Position numbers and translations under genes: made by a program. Below the pieces are notes generated by a model that worked only from the letters and a program-made list of their open reading frames with translations, was not told the DNA's origin and did not search any database. From Chrysemys picta bellii (Eukaryota), in contig NC_088810.1 in assembly GCF_011386835.1 (NCBI RefSeq), positions 1,488,001 through 1,552,000 on the forward strand: 64,000 nucleotides of DNA, read 5' to 3'. Below are positions 21,364 to 34,311 of this stretch, piece after piece (the stretch's first letter is position 1; each line of letters begins with the position of its first letter).

Positions 21364-24300
21364 ATGGGGGAGCTACTGGGCCTGTGCGTGCTGGCTGCGC
21401 TGCTGGGCACAGGTGAGGGGGGGCGGTGCACACCCCAGGGCACCGGTCCCCAGCCCCCAGCCCCAGGGCACCCCATACCCAGCCCCCAGCCCAGCCCCAG
21501 GGACACCCCTGTACCGGTGCACCGGACCCCAGCCCCCAGGGACACCCGTTCCCCAGCCCCAGGGCACCCCATACTCAGCCCCCAGGGCACCCTGTTCCCA
21601 GCCACAGGGACACCCCTGGACCCAGCCCACAGGACACCCCCCATTCCCCAGCCACCGGGTACCCCTGTACCCCATTCCCCAGCCCCAGGGACACCCCTGT
21701 ATCCAGCCCCCAGGGCACCCCGTCCCCAGCCCCCCAGCCCCAGGGACACCCCCATTCCCCAGCCCCAGGGCACCTGGTTCCCAGGCCTCAGGACACCCCC
21801 CATACCCAGCCCAGCCCTAGGGCACCCCTGTACCCAGCCCCCAGGACACCCCCCATTCCCCAGCCCCAGGGACACCCCTGTGCCCAGCTTCAGGGCACCC
21901 TGTACCCCTGCACCCATCCCCCAGGGACACCCCTGTACCCAGCCCCCAGGGCCCCCCTGTCCCCACTGCCAGATGGCCATAGACACTCACTACCGTATCC
22001 CTCGTCTAGCCCCATACACAAGATCTATCTAGCCCCACAGACACCTCCTCTGGCTACCTATGGAGGGAGGGGGGGAGGGGGTGGGTGGGGGGGAGGGGAT
22101 GGATCCTGTTGTCACTTCACCCAGTGAACTTTTGGTTATTTAATGTCTAATAGACCCGGCTCTGGGAGCGGAGTGGGGGCTGGTGGTTAGAGCAGGGGGT
22201 GGTAGCCAGGACTCCTGGGTTCTCTCCCCGGCTCTGGGAGGGGAGTGGGGGCTGGTGGGTTAGAGCAGGGGGGGCTGGGAGCCAGGACTCCTGGGTTCTC
22301 TCCCCGGCTCTGGAAGGGCAGTGGGGGCTGGTGGTTAGAACGGGGGGCTGGGAGCCAGGACTCCTGGGTTCTCTCCCCAGCTCTGGGAGGGGAGTGGGGG
22401 CTGGTGGGTTAGAACAGGGGAGCTGGGAGCCAGGACTCCTGGGTTCTCTCCCCGGCTCTGGGAGGGAAGTGGGGGCTGGTGGGTTAGAACAGCGGGGCTG
22501 GGAGCCAGGACTCCTGGGTTCTCTCCCCAGCTCTAGGAGGGGAATGGGGGCTGGTGGTTAGAACAGGGGCTGGGAGCCAGGACTCCTGGGTTCTCTCCCC
22601 AGCTCTGGGAGGGGAGTGGGGGCTGGTGGGTTAGAACAGGGGGGCTGGGAGCCAGGACTCCTGGGTTCTCTCCCCGGCTCTGGGAGGGGAGTGGGGGCTG
22701 GTGGGTTAGAACAGGGGGGCTGGGAGCCAGGACTCCTGGGTTCTCTCCCCAGCTCTAGGAGGGGAATGGGGGCTGGTGGTTAGAACAGGGGGTGGGAGCC
22801 AGGACTCCTGGGTTCTCTCCCCAGCTCTAGGAGGGGAATGGGGGCTGGTGGTTAGAACAGGGGGTGGGAGCCAGGACTCCTGGGTTCATTCTGGGGCCAT
22901 GGCTCCGTGAGAAGGTATGCAGCGATACAGGCTGAGCGAGTGATTCGCTCCCCTGCCTGCAGGGCCACTGTCTCCCCACGGGGGCAGGATGGAATTTTCC
23001 CCACACAGGCGGGTTGATGGGCCCATGGGGCCAGTCCGGGGGGGCAGGAGGCGGGATGCCGGGTGAGATGGGCCCGTTGGAGGGGCTCTGACTGCGCTTC
23101 CCTCCCCTGTGCCCAGGGGGCGCCATCTCCTGCTATAACTGCACCAGCTCGGAGGGCTACAACTGCACCACGAACCAGGCCACCTGCACCAGCGCCGTCA
23201 ACAGCTGCATCACCATCGCCCGCGACGAGGAGCAGGGTAGGGCCCGGCCTGTGGGGCTGGGGGAGTGGGGACAAGCAGCGCTGCGAGCTTCCCCCCAGCA
23301 GTGCCCCCTGGAGCTGCAGGCCTCCCCTGTCAGCAGTGCTCCGATGCTGTGAGCTTCCCCGCAGCAGTGTCCCCTGGAGCTGCAGGCCTTCCCTGTCAGC
23401 AGTGCCCCCCCGATGATGCGAGCTTCCCCTCAGCAGTGCCCCCCAGAGCTGCAGGCCTCCCCTGATAATGGTGCCCCCCGGCACTCCAAGTTTCCCATCA
23501 GCAGTGCCCCCTAGTGCTGCGAGCTTCCCCCCAGCAGTGCCCCCATTTGACGTTGCGCACGCTTCCCCAGCAGTCCCCCCCACCCCAGTGCTGCGAGCTT
23601 CACACTAGCAGTGCCCCCCCATGCCACAGGTAGACTGAGGGGGGTGCGGGTACAAACCCCGTGTGTGTCCTAGCCCCTTGACTGCTCCATCCCAGGGGGA
23701 TTCTCCCCACAAATCATGGCTTGCACCATCCCCGTACCCCGTGTCTCACCCCCGGTGCCCGCCCTGTCCTGCCAGGGGACGAGGACAAGGAGAAGACGGT
23801 GTACGAGAAGAAATGCAACTCGGACGACCGGCTCTGTAACCAGTTCTACGGGCTGACGGCCGGCGCCTACCGTCTGCGCTGGAACTCGACTTGCTGCCGG
23901 GCGGACAGCTGCAACGTGCCCGAGATCACCCGTAGGAGCCCCCTGGGCGGCGCCAGGACGCCTGGGTTCTCTCCTCGCTCTGGGAGGGGAGTGGGGGCTG
24001 GTGGTTAGAGCAGGGGGGGCTGGGAGTCAGGACTCCTGGGTTCCATCCCCGGCTCTGAGAGGGGAGTGGGGGCTGGTGGTTAGAGCAGGGGGCGCTGGGA
24101 GCCAGGACTCCCGGGTTCTCTCCCTGGCTCTGGGAGGGGAGTGGGGTCTAGTGGTTACAGCAGGGGGGCTGGGAGCCAGGACTCCTGGGTTCTCTCCCCG
24201 GCTCTGGGAAGGGAGTGGGGTCTAGTGGTTACAGCAGGGGGGCTGGGAGCCAGGACTCCTGGGTTCTCTCCCCGGCTCTGGGAGGGGAGTGGGGTCTAGT

Positions 24301-25207
24301 GGTTACAGCAGGGGGGCTGGGAGCCAGGACTCCTGGGTTCTCTCCCCGGCTCTGGGAGGGGAGTGGGGTCTAGTGGTTACAGCAGGGGGGCTGGGAGCCA
24401 GGACTCCTGGGTTCTCTCCCTGGCTCTGGGAGGGGAGTGGGGGCTGGGAGCCAGGACTCCTGGGTTCCATCCCCGATTACTCCTTGTTGTTGTGTCTCCT
24501 TCCCACAGTGCAGCCCAGCTCCGGGGTGCCCAACGGGCTGCGCTGCCGGTCGTGCTTTGCCCGCGGCTCGGACGTCTGTGTGCCCACCGAGGTGCTGAAC
24601 TGCACGGGCCTGCAGACCCGCTGCATCCAATTTGCCGCCACCGCCGGCGCAGGTACCGGGGGCCGGGCTCTGCTGGGGGGGCGGGAGGTGAGGTTCAGCC
24701 GCATGTGTATTGGGGGGGGCCCTTGTGCCTATGAGGGCTCATGCCCATGGGGTGGCTGTGGGCCTGTTCCCATGGCGTGGTTGGGGGGATATGTGGGGGG
24801 CTGATGCCTTTGTGGAAGTTGGGGGGCTGTGGAAGGGGGCTGGTGCCCAAAGGACAGTTGGGGGGCTGGTGCTCCGGGCTGGGTGGGGGGATGTGTGGGG
24901 GACCGATCCCCATGGGGCAGGTGGGGGGCTGCGTGGGGGGCTGGTGCCCATGGGGCTTTTAGAGGGCTTTTGGGGGGTCCCTTGCGCCCCTAACCCTCTC
25001 CCCTCCCCCCCAGGGTTCGAGGGTCTCCGCGTGGCCTTCATGGGCTGTGCCACCCGCAGCCTGTGTGACGTGGGCGCCGTGGCCCTGTTCGCCTCCCAGC
25101 CCCAGGCCGTGCTCAAGACCAACCTGTGCAGCGCGGCGGGGGCGGCCCGGGGGGGGCTGCCCCTCCTCAGCCTGGGGGGGCTGCTCCTCTGGGCGCTGCG
25201 CCCCTGA
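21364..25207 (+). CDS. Two-domain Ly6/uPAR (PLI-gamma/PINLYP-like) protein A, 220 aa, predicted GPI-anchored; exons 21364-21412, 23117-23236, 23776-23931, 24509-24652, 25014-25207
   Basis: Signal peptide MGELLGLCVLAALLGTG; all introns are phase 1 GT-AG; 663 nt. Domain 1 has 10 Cys ending CCRADSCN; domain 2 has 8 Cys (PNGLRCRSC...). Hydrophobic tail LPLLSLGGLLLWALRP. TATAA at ~21307; AATAAA near 25786. Confidence 0.9.
21420..21960 (+). repeat. Degenerate intronic tandem repeat (cccagccccagggacacccctgtac)
   Basis: Direct inspection. Confidence 0.8.
22150..24480 (+). repeat. Intronic arrays of the ~74-bp repeat (22150-22890, 23940-24480) plus a short gcgagcttcccccagcagtgcccc repeat (23270-23620)
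   Basis: Direct inspection. Confidence 0.85.
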
Positions 25208-25849
25208 TTGCATCATCCCCCCTCTGCAGCACCCCCCTTTGGCGGGGAGCCCCCCCCGATCGCACTTTCCCCCCTATAGGGCTGGGAACTAGCCCCTTCC
25301 CCAGCAGTCGCTGCCTCCCGGTTATCCTCCCCCCAGCCCAGCACTGCCCCCCATCACCCCCCCAAAGCTGGGCACTGCCCCCTTAAATGCCACCTGCTAC
25401 GCCCCTCCCCACCTGCCCCAGCGCCCCCCCCCCATCACTCCTCCCCCGACACAGTACTTCCCACAGCCCAATTCCTTGTCCTCTTCCCTGGGTTGGGTGG
25501 GAGCCGGCGCCCCGCAGAGGGGACAGGCCCCTGCCCCATTCCCCACCTCCTGAGCCAGCCAGTCCCTGCCCTGGGGCCGGATGGGAGCCAGCACCCCCTG
25601 GAGGGGACAGGCCCCGTGTCTGTTCGCTGGTCGTGATTGCCAAACCCAGGGCTTGCAGGAGTTTCTTTTCCACCTGAGATCTGGGATCCGGGTTGATTTT
25701 CCGGTTTCATTCTGGTCTCACCAACCCGGCTCACGCGACGGGAACGGCCAGTTTGGGTCAAAAATGCCGTTGCAGAGTTTTATATAATAAAGTTGCAAAT
25801 ACGCACAAGTTTGTGTTTATACAGGGAGCCCTCGCCTGGCACTGGGACG

Positions 25850-26040
25850 CAGCCGCTCTGGGGTGGGGCGCCGGGGCTGGTTACACGGGGACCCCTCCCC
25901 CAGTGCTCAGATGTGGCTGCTCTGGGGTGGGGCGCCGGGGCTGGTTACACGGGGACCCCTCCCCCAGTGCTCAGATGTGGCTGCTCTGGGGTGGGGCGCC
26001 GGGGCTGGTTATACGGGGACCGCTTACTTGGCACTGGGGT
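25850..26040 (+). repeat. ~60-bp tandem repeat, 3 copies
   Basis: Unit gctctggggtggggcgccggggctggttacacggggacccctcccccagtgctcagatgtg. Confidence 0.85.
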
Positions 26041-27310
26041 GGGGGGCGGGGCCTGTTCATTAGAGGGCTCCCAGACTGAGGCCCCCGCCCCCCCCCCCTT
26101 TCAGCTGGGAATGGGGGAGAGGCGGCAGCCGAGAGCCGGGCTGGGATCAGAACCAGCCATGCTGGATCGGCCGGGGCGGTGCCCCCTTGGGGCAGCTCTG
26201 ACAACCCCCCCGGAGGTGCCTGCCACTCACCCCCCAGGCTGGCGCCCCTTTGGCCAAGCCCCGGGCCGGCTGATGTTGCCATGACACCACCACTTATGGG
26301 CAAGGGAAGGAGAAGAATTTAAGGAACAAAAGGATGGAAGAGGGAACATTTCTGGGGCCGGCTGGTTCCTCCAGGGCCTTCTGCTCAGCCCCCATTTTCT
26401 GCACTCACAGAGTCCTCTGGGCACTCAGCCCACTGCCAGGTGCCCTGCCCAGCCAACTCCCAGCCCCCTGCTCTAACCACCAGACCCTACTCCCCTCCCT
26501 GAGCCGGGGAGAGAACCCAGGAGTCCTGGCTCCCAGCCCCCCCTGCTCTAACCACCAGACCCCACTCCCCTCCCAGAGCTGGGGAGAGAACCCAGGAGTC
26601 CTGGCTCCCAGCCCTCACCACCAGCCCCCGCTCCCCTCCCAGAGCCGGGGAGAGAACCCAGGAGTCCTGGCTCCCAGCCCCCCCTGCTCTAACCACCAGC
26701 CCCCACTCCCCTCCCAGAGCCGGGGAGAGAACCCAGGAGTCCTGGCTCCCAGCCCCCCCTGCTCTAACCCACCAGCCCTCGATCCCCTCCCAGAGCTGGG
26801 GAGAGAACCCAGGAGTCCAGGCTCTCCGTCTGTTCCCCAGCGACTGGAATTCCTTGGCCTTGGTTGTGTAACCTGCCCCCAATTTCACCTCTCTGCTGTG
26901 GGTGGTGAAATCACGGCACCGGCCTTATGCAAGGGTTGTTGTGTTTGTGCCCCCGGGCTGGGCTGGCCACGGAGCTGCTGACGGGGGGCGGGACAGGAGT
27001 CTGGGGGGGCAGGATGACCCCCCCATGTGTGGACGCAGGGCAGGATTACGGGCTGAGGGTGGAGGGTTGTTTGCAGTTTATATGTGCTAGAAGTGATATG
27101 ATTAATTATTACCAATGGATTTTTTGCCGTTTAAGATTCACTGAATCTATAGTAATTATTATTGTTCCAGTTTATAATGTATTAAGTTTATATTAAGTAT
27201 TAAATATTAATTATTCTCGCTGAAGCTGCTCTTTTATTGAATGTATGTTAATTATGAATGAATAAATGTTAATTAGGTTTTGCAATTTCTATGTTAGTGG
27301 GTTTGTATTA

Positions 27311-28139
27311 TGTCACGGACTCGCAGGTCGCGCCCACTCTTGGCCCCGTGTGGTCCGTGGGGGGTGCCCCCTTCAGTGCGACAGCCCTTCTCGGGGGTCC
27401 TCTCTCTCGGGGTCAGGCCCCTCCACCGCCTGGAGCCGCACCTCTCTGAGCCTTAGCACGTCTGTCTCTGCCGTGGGCCCCCTCAGGGAGTCCCCTCGCT
27501 CTGGACCCCCTGGGCCTCCTCCCCCGAAGGGGTTGATGCCAACCCCCCCGCCCTGTTCTCTAGCCCGGAGCGACTCTCAGCCAGCATAAAACAGGAGGGT
27601 TTATTGAGCGTTGAACCCAGCACAGGAAACTCTCAGGGCCTCAGGCCTGGCCTCCCTCAGCCCAACACATCCCAGTCTCTCTGCATCCAGGGGGGCTCTG
27701 CCTGCTCCCCCTCTCCAGCCCTGAGCCCCCCCTGCTCCCAGCTGAGCATCTGAGATCCCCAGCCCCAGGCCCCGCCTCTGTCCATTGTCTTCTCTCCAGG
27801 GAAACAGGGTCGTAAACCGGGGCCTCCTCTCCTCGCTTCTGTCCTCTGGCTGGAACCGGCTGGTCAGGTCACTGGGTCCTCACTCTGCAGCCCATTGTCC
27901 GCCCACTGGCCAGAACCGGCTGTGTCTCCTGAGCTGGGCCTCTGGGTCGGGGTCTCAGGTCACCGGTCGCTGGTGTGTCCATCCTCCAGGCCATTGGCTG
28001 GGGTCCCACGTTCCCTCTCCCCTCCCCTCGTTAAACCAGTAACACCCAGGGAAACTGAGTCCCACCCCCTCTGCATGCAAACCATTGGAAACCCACCGAA
28101 AACAAGAAAACAAACAAGAAAATCCCCCACTTTGTCACA
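27311..28139 (-). mobile_element. Solo LTR (829 bp)
   Basis: TGT...ACA termini; perfect 5-bp TSD TATTA (27306-10 and 28140-44); AATAAA on - near 27600; inserted in an AT-rich island. Confidence 0.9.
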
Positions 28140-28339
28140 TATTAATGACTAATTATTACATATTTATTGGGAGGAGGTTTTACAGGTTATATTTGAGTGG
28201 GTTTATATTAATAAACCCAGTGCCCAAGGAGGGGTATTTCTGCCCAAGAAAAAGCCTGAAGGGAAGTTTTATTTGAACAGTCCGAGAAGGGAAACTGAGG
28301 CAGGCTTTGTCAAGCTGCTCTGCTGGGCTGTTCACTGCA

Positions 28340-28650
28340 GCAAACACCCCGAGCAGCGGCATTGGGTGGCCACCCGGCCGGTTTTCAATGGGACAGTCCC
28401 AGGTTTTGGCTTGTGTGGCCTCGTGCCATTTGCAAAGCCCTCGTGTCCAGTCTTTTGGATGGGGGGGAGAGGTGCAGAAGGAGGCGGGACCAGGGAAAGA
28501 GGCTGAGAAGGGGGCTTGGCCCCGAGGGAAAAGACTGAAAAGGGGGCGGGGCCTGTAGGAGAGGTGGAGAAGGGGGAGGGGCCTTGGGGAAGAGGCAGAG
28601 AAGGGGCGGGGCCCAGGGGCGGCAGGTTTGTATAATTTTTGGTGGTGCCC
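28340..28650. mobile_element. Probable MITE at the breakpoint of a truncated LU gene copy
   Basis: A GC-rich cassette with motifs shared with 38540-39070; homology to LU gene D stops here. Confidence 0.4.
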
Positions 28651-29207
28651 GGAGTGAGTCCAAGTCTCCCTGGGGTGAGTGAGTCAGCCTGGGGTGGGGA
28701 GTCTCCGCACGCTGGGCTCGATCCCAGCTTGGACACGGGAGTGGGGACTGGTGGGTTAGAGCAGGGGGGCTGGGAATCAGGACTCCTGGGTTCTGTCCCC
28801 AGCTCTGGGTGGGGAGCGGGAGCTAGTGGTTAGAGCAGCAGGGGCTGGGAGCCAGGACTCCTGGGTTCTCTCCCCGACTCTGGGAGAGGACTGGGGGCTA
28901 GTAGTTAGAGCAGGATGGGTGGGAACCAGGACTCCTGGGTTCTGTCTCTGGCTCAGGGAGGGCAATGGCATCTATGCTTAGTAGAAATCTGGTTTTGCTC
29001 ACCCCAGCTGTACCTGGCTGTGAGGATGACGCAGGTCCCTTCCTAGGAGGTGCAGGGCTGCGTGGGGCCAGAGCACAATTCCTCTTTGGACTCACACCCC
29101 TCGCATTGCAGAGCACTCCCTGGTGGTTGGAAAAATCCCTTCTCAGTGCAAACCCCGACTCCCCACCCCTCCCCAGGCAGTGCCCGGGGGAGAAATACCA
29201 GCAGGAC

Positions 29208-29221
29208 CCACGAGGTGGCGC
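29208..29221 (+). promoter_or_regulatory. CTCF motif in a duplicated intronic block (inverted copy at 35924-35937; degraded copy near 32780)
   Basis: CCACGAGGTGGCGC. Confidence 0.55.
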
Positions 29222-30744
29222 TGTGATAGTTGTTACCACCAATGTCTCCTCACTGAACGTGTGGGCAGGTAGATCTTGGAGAAATTCCATCTGCTTTTGC
29301 AGCAAATCTGCCCAGTTCCCTTTAACTCGCTGTGTGGGGAAAGGCATCTAGCTGGTTATTTGTATCTTCCTCAAAACCGCAGACAGTCTGATTACTGCCT
29401 GAGTGTCTGTGGCTGGAGTAAATTGTCAGCTGCTGAGGTGGCGATCTGGGGTGTAACTTGTGCGTGCAAACAAAATCCCACACGTCTGTCTAGACCGAAC
29501 AAAAGAATTCCGCTGCTCTAAAGAGGGGTTTCTGCCTGGCTTTGGGGTGAACGAACCTGTCACACTCCCCCCAACTTTCTGTTCGAGGCCCCTGCCTCTC
29601 AGAGTAACATTAGCTCAGCCACTCTCGACTTCGGCCCCCTTTTCATCGCTGATCGTGTCAATTCTCTTCTTAAGAATATGATTGATGCTCGTTAAGCCAT
29701 TTGATTGATGGCTGTGCAGCCAGTGATCCCATGAGCATTAACTCTTTCCTGTCCAGAGTGTGGGGGGGGTTACATTCATTAAGCGAACGTAATGGTTTTT
29801 AAAGAAAGAAAGAAAGAAAGAAAGAAAGAAATTTGCCCACTTTTTTTTTCCAGAGCTTTCACGTAGAAACATCAGTTAAACCTCAGAACCCCTTCCGCCA
29901 CCCCTGCCATGGCCCTAGATGGTAGCAAAGTTATATTATCCCCATCTAAAAAATAGGGAAACTGAGGCAGAAAAAGGACGTGTCCGATTCAGGGTCAGAA
30001 CCAAGAAGACAGCCGAGTAGTCCTCATCCCTGACTCCCAGCCCCCCCTGCTCTGACCACTAGACCCCACTCCTCCTGCAGAGCCAGGGACAGAACCCAGG
30101 AGTCCTGATTTGCCACCGTCTCTGCTCTAACCCACTATACCCCACCCCTCTTCTACAGCTGGGGAATGAACCCAGGAGTCCTGGCTCCCAGTGATTCCCT
30201 ACTCTAGCCCATTAGACCCCCACTTCCCTTTCAAAGCCTCGGATAGAAACCAGAAGTCCTGGCTCCCACCTGACCCTCCACGCTAGCCTGTTACACCCCC
30301 ACTCCTCTTTCAAAGCTGGGGAATGAAGCCAGGAGTCCTGGCAGGAATCTCAGTGCTGGGGGCAGGGGAACATTTCCAAGCAGGATTACAAGGGGCCGGG
30401 GGACGGTTTTCCTGGTTTCCTGCTCCTCGTTGGGGAGCCCCGTCAGAGCTGGAGGAGGAACGAGGAGGAGGAAGGACAGACGGACTCAGGCCCCGACCCA
30501 TCACCCCAGTCTGACCCGCAGCCCGCTGGCCAGGCCCCTCGCGTGGGCTGTGGGGGTCCCAGGCTCCAATCCCTGCTCTCCCCGAGTCAGCCGGGGGTCG
30601 TGGCGCCGGCTTTTCCTCTCGCTGGTTTTACCCACAAATTCCATCCTGACCCCAGAATCCGCCATGGACAGCGGCACGTTCCCCAGGCGAATTCCCGCCC
30701 CCCCAGTGCCCGGCTCCCTGTGCCCGGGGAAGGACGGGACTCAC

Positions 30745-30793
30745 CGGTGGCCAGGACAGCGGCCAGCAGGCAGAGGGGCCGGGGCGCCCACAT
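30745..30793 (-). pseudogene. Orphan signal-peptide exon of an LU gene copy (MWAPRPLCLLAAVLATG)
   Basis: 49-nt exon with a GTGAGT donor; inverted near-copy of 34312-34360. No downstream LU exons were found on - below 28680. Confidence 0.7.
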
Positions 30794-31295
30794 GGTGCCC
30801 GGGCGTTTGCTGCATTGACGAAGCAGCTGCTGTTATGTCAGGCAGGTTGGCAAATACCTGCCCCGGCGGGTCAGCTGGGCTGTCCCATGACATCCTGGTG
30901 GGCCCGGAGATGGGACATTTCACAGCCCCGAGCGCTGCAAAATCAACCCCTGAGGCACGTCTCCCCTGCAGCGTGTTCACGCCCGCCTGCACGGCTGAGT
31001 GAGCTGCGGCCTCACGTACCCACAGCCCTCCTTCCCCAGGGGAGCTCAGCCAGCCCACAGCTTTCCCCCGGCCTCCGGGGCCTCGCCTTGGGGGAAGGGG
31101 TAGAGCCCGGTCTCCTGGGTTCTCTCCCCACTTCTGGGAGGGGACTAGGGTTAAGTGAGTTAGATTGGGGGCTGGGCTAGGAGTCAGAACTCCTCTGTTC
31201 CTTTTCCTAGCTCTGGGAGGAGAGTGGGGGGCTGCTGGGAGCTAGGATGCCTGGGTTCTATTCCTGGCTTTGAGAGGGGCGTGGGGTTGGGTGGG

Positions 31296-31938
31296 TGTGA
31301 CACTCTGCACCTCGAAATAGCGTGATGTAAAGCCCATATTCACCGCCTCGGTGTGACTGGGATAGGGTCCGTACAACGTCTGCCTGGTGAGGGGTCATTT
31401 GAAAAGTTTCGGTCTGTTGAGCATTCCCGTGCTGGTGGTTTGTGGGTTTCCGAAGGTCTGAAGTCTTGCGGGGTGTGTTACTGAAATACGCTGGGAGACG
31501 CCCCAGAGCCTTTCAGCAGCAAGAAAGGAGCCAGGCAGGCCCATCGAGAACAATCCACCCTCCCAGAGGCTCCTCGGAGAGGGCATGTACACGGAGGGGC
31601 TGGGGGGGGATCTTTCTGGCACTGGAGAGAAGGTATAAAAGAGGGGAAGCGACATCACCACTTGGCCTCCCTCCTCCCCTGTCTCAGCACAGGGACGATG
31701 GGCTGGAAGACAAGGACTTTGACCCGGGGAGACTGGTCCCAGGCTGGGGGGGAATCCAGCCCATGGACTGGGACCGGTGAGGTGAGCTGCCTGTAACATC
31801 ACGGCTGAGCGAGCACAGCGCCCGGAGGGCTTTGCTGCTCGTCACTGGCGGAGCCGTGCGAGAGACAGCCCAGGCTGGAGAGTTAAGGGGGCGCTGTGGT
31901 ACCACAGTTCCAGGTTGTACCCCGGGGATGCCGTCACA
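31296..31938 (+). mobile_element. Solo LTR (643 bp)
   Basis: TGTGACA...GTCACA termini; perfect 5-bp TSD GTGGG; TATAAAA at ~31634. Confidence 0.88.
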
Positions 31939-32232
31939 GTGGGTTACAGGGGGTCACGACTCCTGGGTTCTATCCCCCAGCTCTGGGACAGGAGTGGGAT
32001 CAGGTGGGTTAGAGCATGGGGGACTGGATGTCAGGACTCCTGGGTTCTCTTCTTCCCAGTATCTCTGGTGCACAGAACAGAGGCCGGCTCCTTACCCCAC
32101 CACTCGCTTTATTCAGCCAATGCACAAAAGGGAACCACAATCCCCCCCAAAGAGAAGCAGCAGCTGGTGCCCCAGGGGGAGGCGCACTGCAGCCCCCACA
32201 ACCAGGGCAAGGGAAGGGGGCCCTGTCAGGGC

Positions 32233-32384
32233 TCACAGCTTCCCGCCGGCCCAGGGAGCTGGGTAGCACTCGGCCTGGCTCAGCACATCCACCACGCCCT
32301 GGGCGTATTTCCTCACCCCCACTCTCTTGACGCAGGCACCAGGGGAGCTGCATCCAGCCGCAGCCTTCGGCAGGGTGATCTGAC
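32233..32384 (-). pseudogene. Orphan terminal LU exon (GQITLPKAAAGCSSPGACVKRVGVRKYAQGVVDVLSQAECYPAPWAGGKL*)
   Basis: Inverted near-copy of 37214-37365 with acceptor and AATAAA (32108-13) intact; the upstream exon equivalent to 36806-36949 is absent. Confidence 0.75.
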
Positions 32385-32879
32385 CTGGACGGGGGGAGAG
32401 AGACGTGATCGGGGGCTCCCACAGCCTCCCCTGACCCCCATGAGGCTTCTCACATGCTCCCCTCCCAGCAGGACTGCACCGGCTCTGTGGGGGAGTGAGG
32501 TCTACAGGGTTACCGCAGTGGGGCTGGGAGCCAGGACTCCTGGGTTCTATCCCCAGCTCTGGGAGGGGAGTGGGGTGTACACTTAGTAGGAATCTTGTTT
32601 CACTCACCCAGGTTGAACTCTGCCAGGCTGCAGGGGGCCGGAGCACGATTCCGCTTTGGACTCACATCCCTTGCGTTGCAGAGCGCTCCCTGGTGGTTGG
32701 AAAAATCCCTTCTCAGTGCAAAGCCCGACTCCCCACCCCTCCCCAGGCAGTGCCCGGGGGAGAAATACCACCAGGAACGAAGAGGTGGCGTTGTGGTGGT
32801 TGTTACCACCAATGCCACCTCACTGAACGGGTAAATCCCGGAGAAATTCCATCTGCTTTTGCAGGAATTCTGCCCGGTT

Positions 32880-33907
32880 CCCTTGTATGTCTCCTCTTCT
32901 GTTTTACCCACATTCTGCCATATATTTCATGTCGGAGCAGTCTCAGATGATGGCCCAGCACATGTTGTTTGTTTTAAGAACACTTTCAGTGCAGATTTGA
33001 CAAAACACAGAGAAGATACCAATGTGAGATTTCTAAGGATAGCTACAGCACTCGACCCAAGGTTTAGAATCTGAAGTGCCTTCCAAAATCTGAGAGGGAC
33101 GAGGTGTGGACCATGCTTTCAGAAGTCTTAAAAGAGCAACACTCTGATGTAGAAACAACAGAGATCGAACCGCCAAAAAAGAAAATCAGCCTTCTGCTGG
33201 TGGCATCTGACTCAGATGATGAAATGAACATGTGTCAGTCTGCTCTGCTTTGTATCGTTATCAAGCAGAACCCGTCATCAGCATGGGCACATGTCCTCTG
33301 GAATGGTGGCTGGAGCATGAAGGGGCCTACGAATGTTTAGCAAATCTGGCACGTAAATACCTTGCAACGCCAGCTACAAAAGTGTCATGTGAACGCCTGT
33401 TCTCACTTTCTGGTGACATTGTAAACAAGAAGCGGGCACCATTATCTCCTGTAAATGTAAATAAACTGATTTGTCTTAGCAATTGGCTGAACAAGAAGTA
33501 GGACTGAGTGGACTTGTAGGCTCTAACGTTTACATTGTTTTGTTTTTGAGTGCAGTTAGGTAACAAAAAAAATCTCCATTTGTAAGTTGCACTTTCATGA
33601 CAAAGAGATCGCACAACGGTACTTGGATGAGGTGAATTGAAAAATACTATTTCCTTTGTTTATCATTTTTACAGTGCAAATATTTGTAATCAAAATATTA
33701 TCAAGTGAGCCCTGTACACTTCGTATTCTGTGTTGTCACTGAAATCCATCTATTTGAAAATGTAGAAAAACATCCAAAATATAAAATTAATTTCAATTGG
33801 TATTCAGTTGTTTAACAGTGCAATTCAAACGGCCATTAATTTTTGTAGTTGCGATAAATTTTTTGGAGTTAATCGCGTGAGTTAACTGCGATTAATCGAC
33901 AGCTCTA
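32880..33907 (+). mobile_element. Decayed hAT DNA transposon, 3' part (transposase dimerisation domain plus TIR)
   Basis: Fragments ATALDPRF and CPLEWW...LANLARKYLATPATKVSCERLFSLSGDIVNKKRAPLSP; terminal ttaatcgacagctcta. Confidence 0.9.
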
Positions 33908-34311
33908 ACTGGAATATAAATATTCTACTTACATTTCCGTGGATAGTCTATAGAGCAGCATAAACATGGGCTTGAAATTTTCGCTTGTACTGACTTCGTT
34001 AGAGCTTTTTATGTGGGCTGTTGTAAAACGAGGCAAATATCTAGATGAGCTGATGTACCCCCTGGAAGACCTGTGCGTGCCCCGGGGCACACGGACCCCT
34101 GCCTGAGAACCACTGATCTCCACCAATGCACAAGTGAACTGGCCTCAATACACCTGATCAGCCAGCGTCACACTCAGGGCTGTGAAATGTCCCATCTCCG
34201 GGCCCACCAGCATGTCATGGGACAGCCCAGCTGACCCCCCGGGGCAGGTATTTGCCAACCTGCCTGACCTAACAGCAGCTGCTTCGTCACTGCAGCAAAC
34301 GCCCGGGCACC

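Noticed and set aside
20877-22127. Long ORFs overlapping gene A intron 1
   Set aside because: They derive from tandem repeats.
26840-26981. Cys-rich segment after a good acceptor (GGEITAPALCKGCC) resembling an LU last exon
   Set aside because: The phase and Cys spacing do not fit and no partner exons exist; the similarity may be chance.
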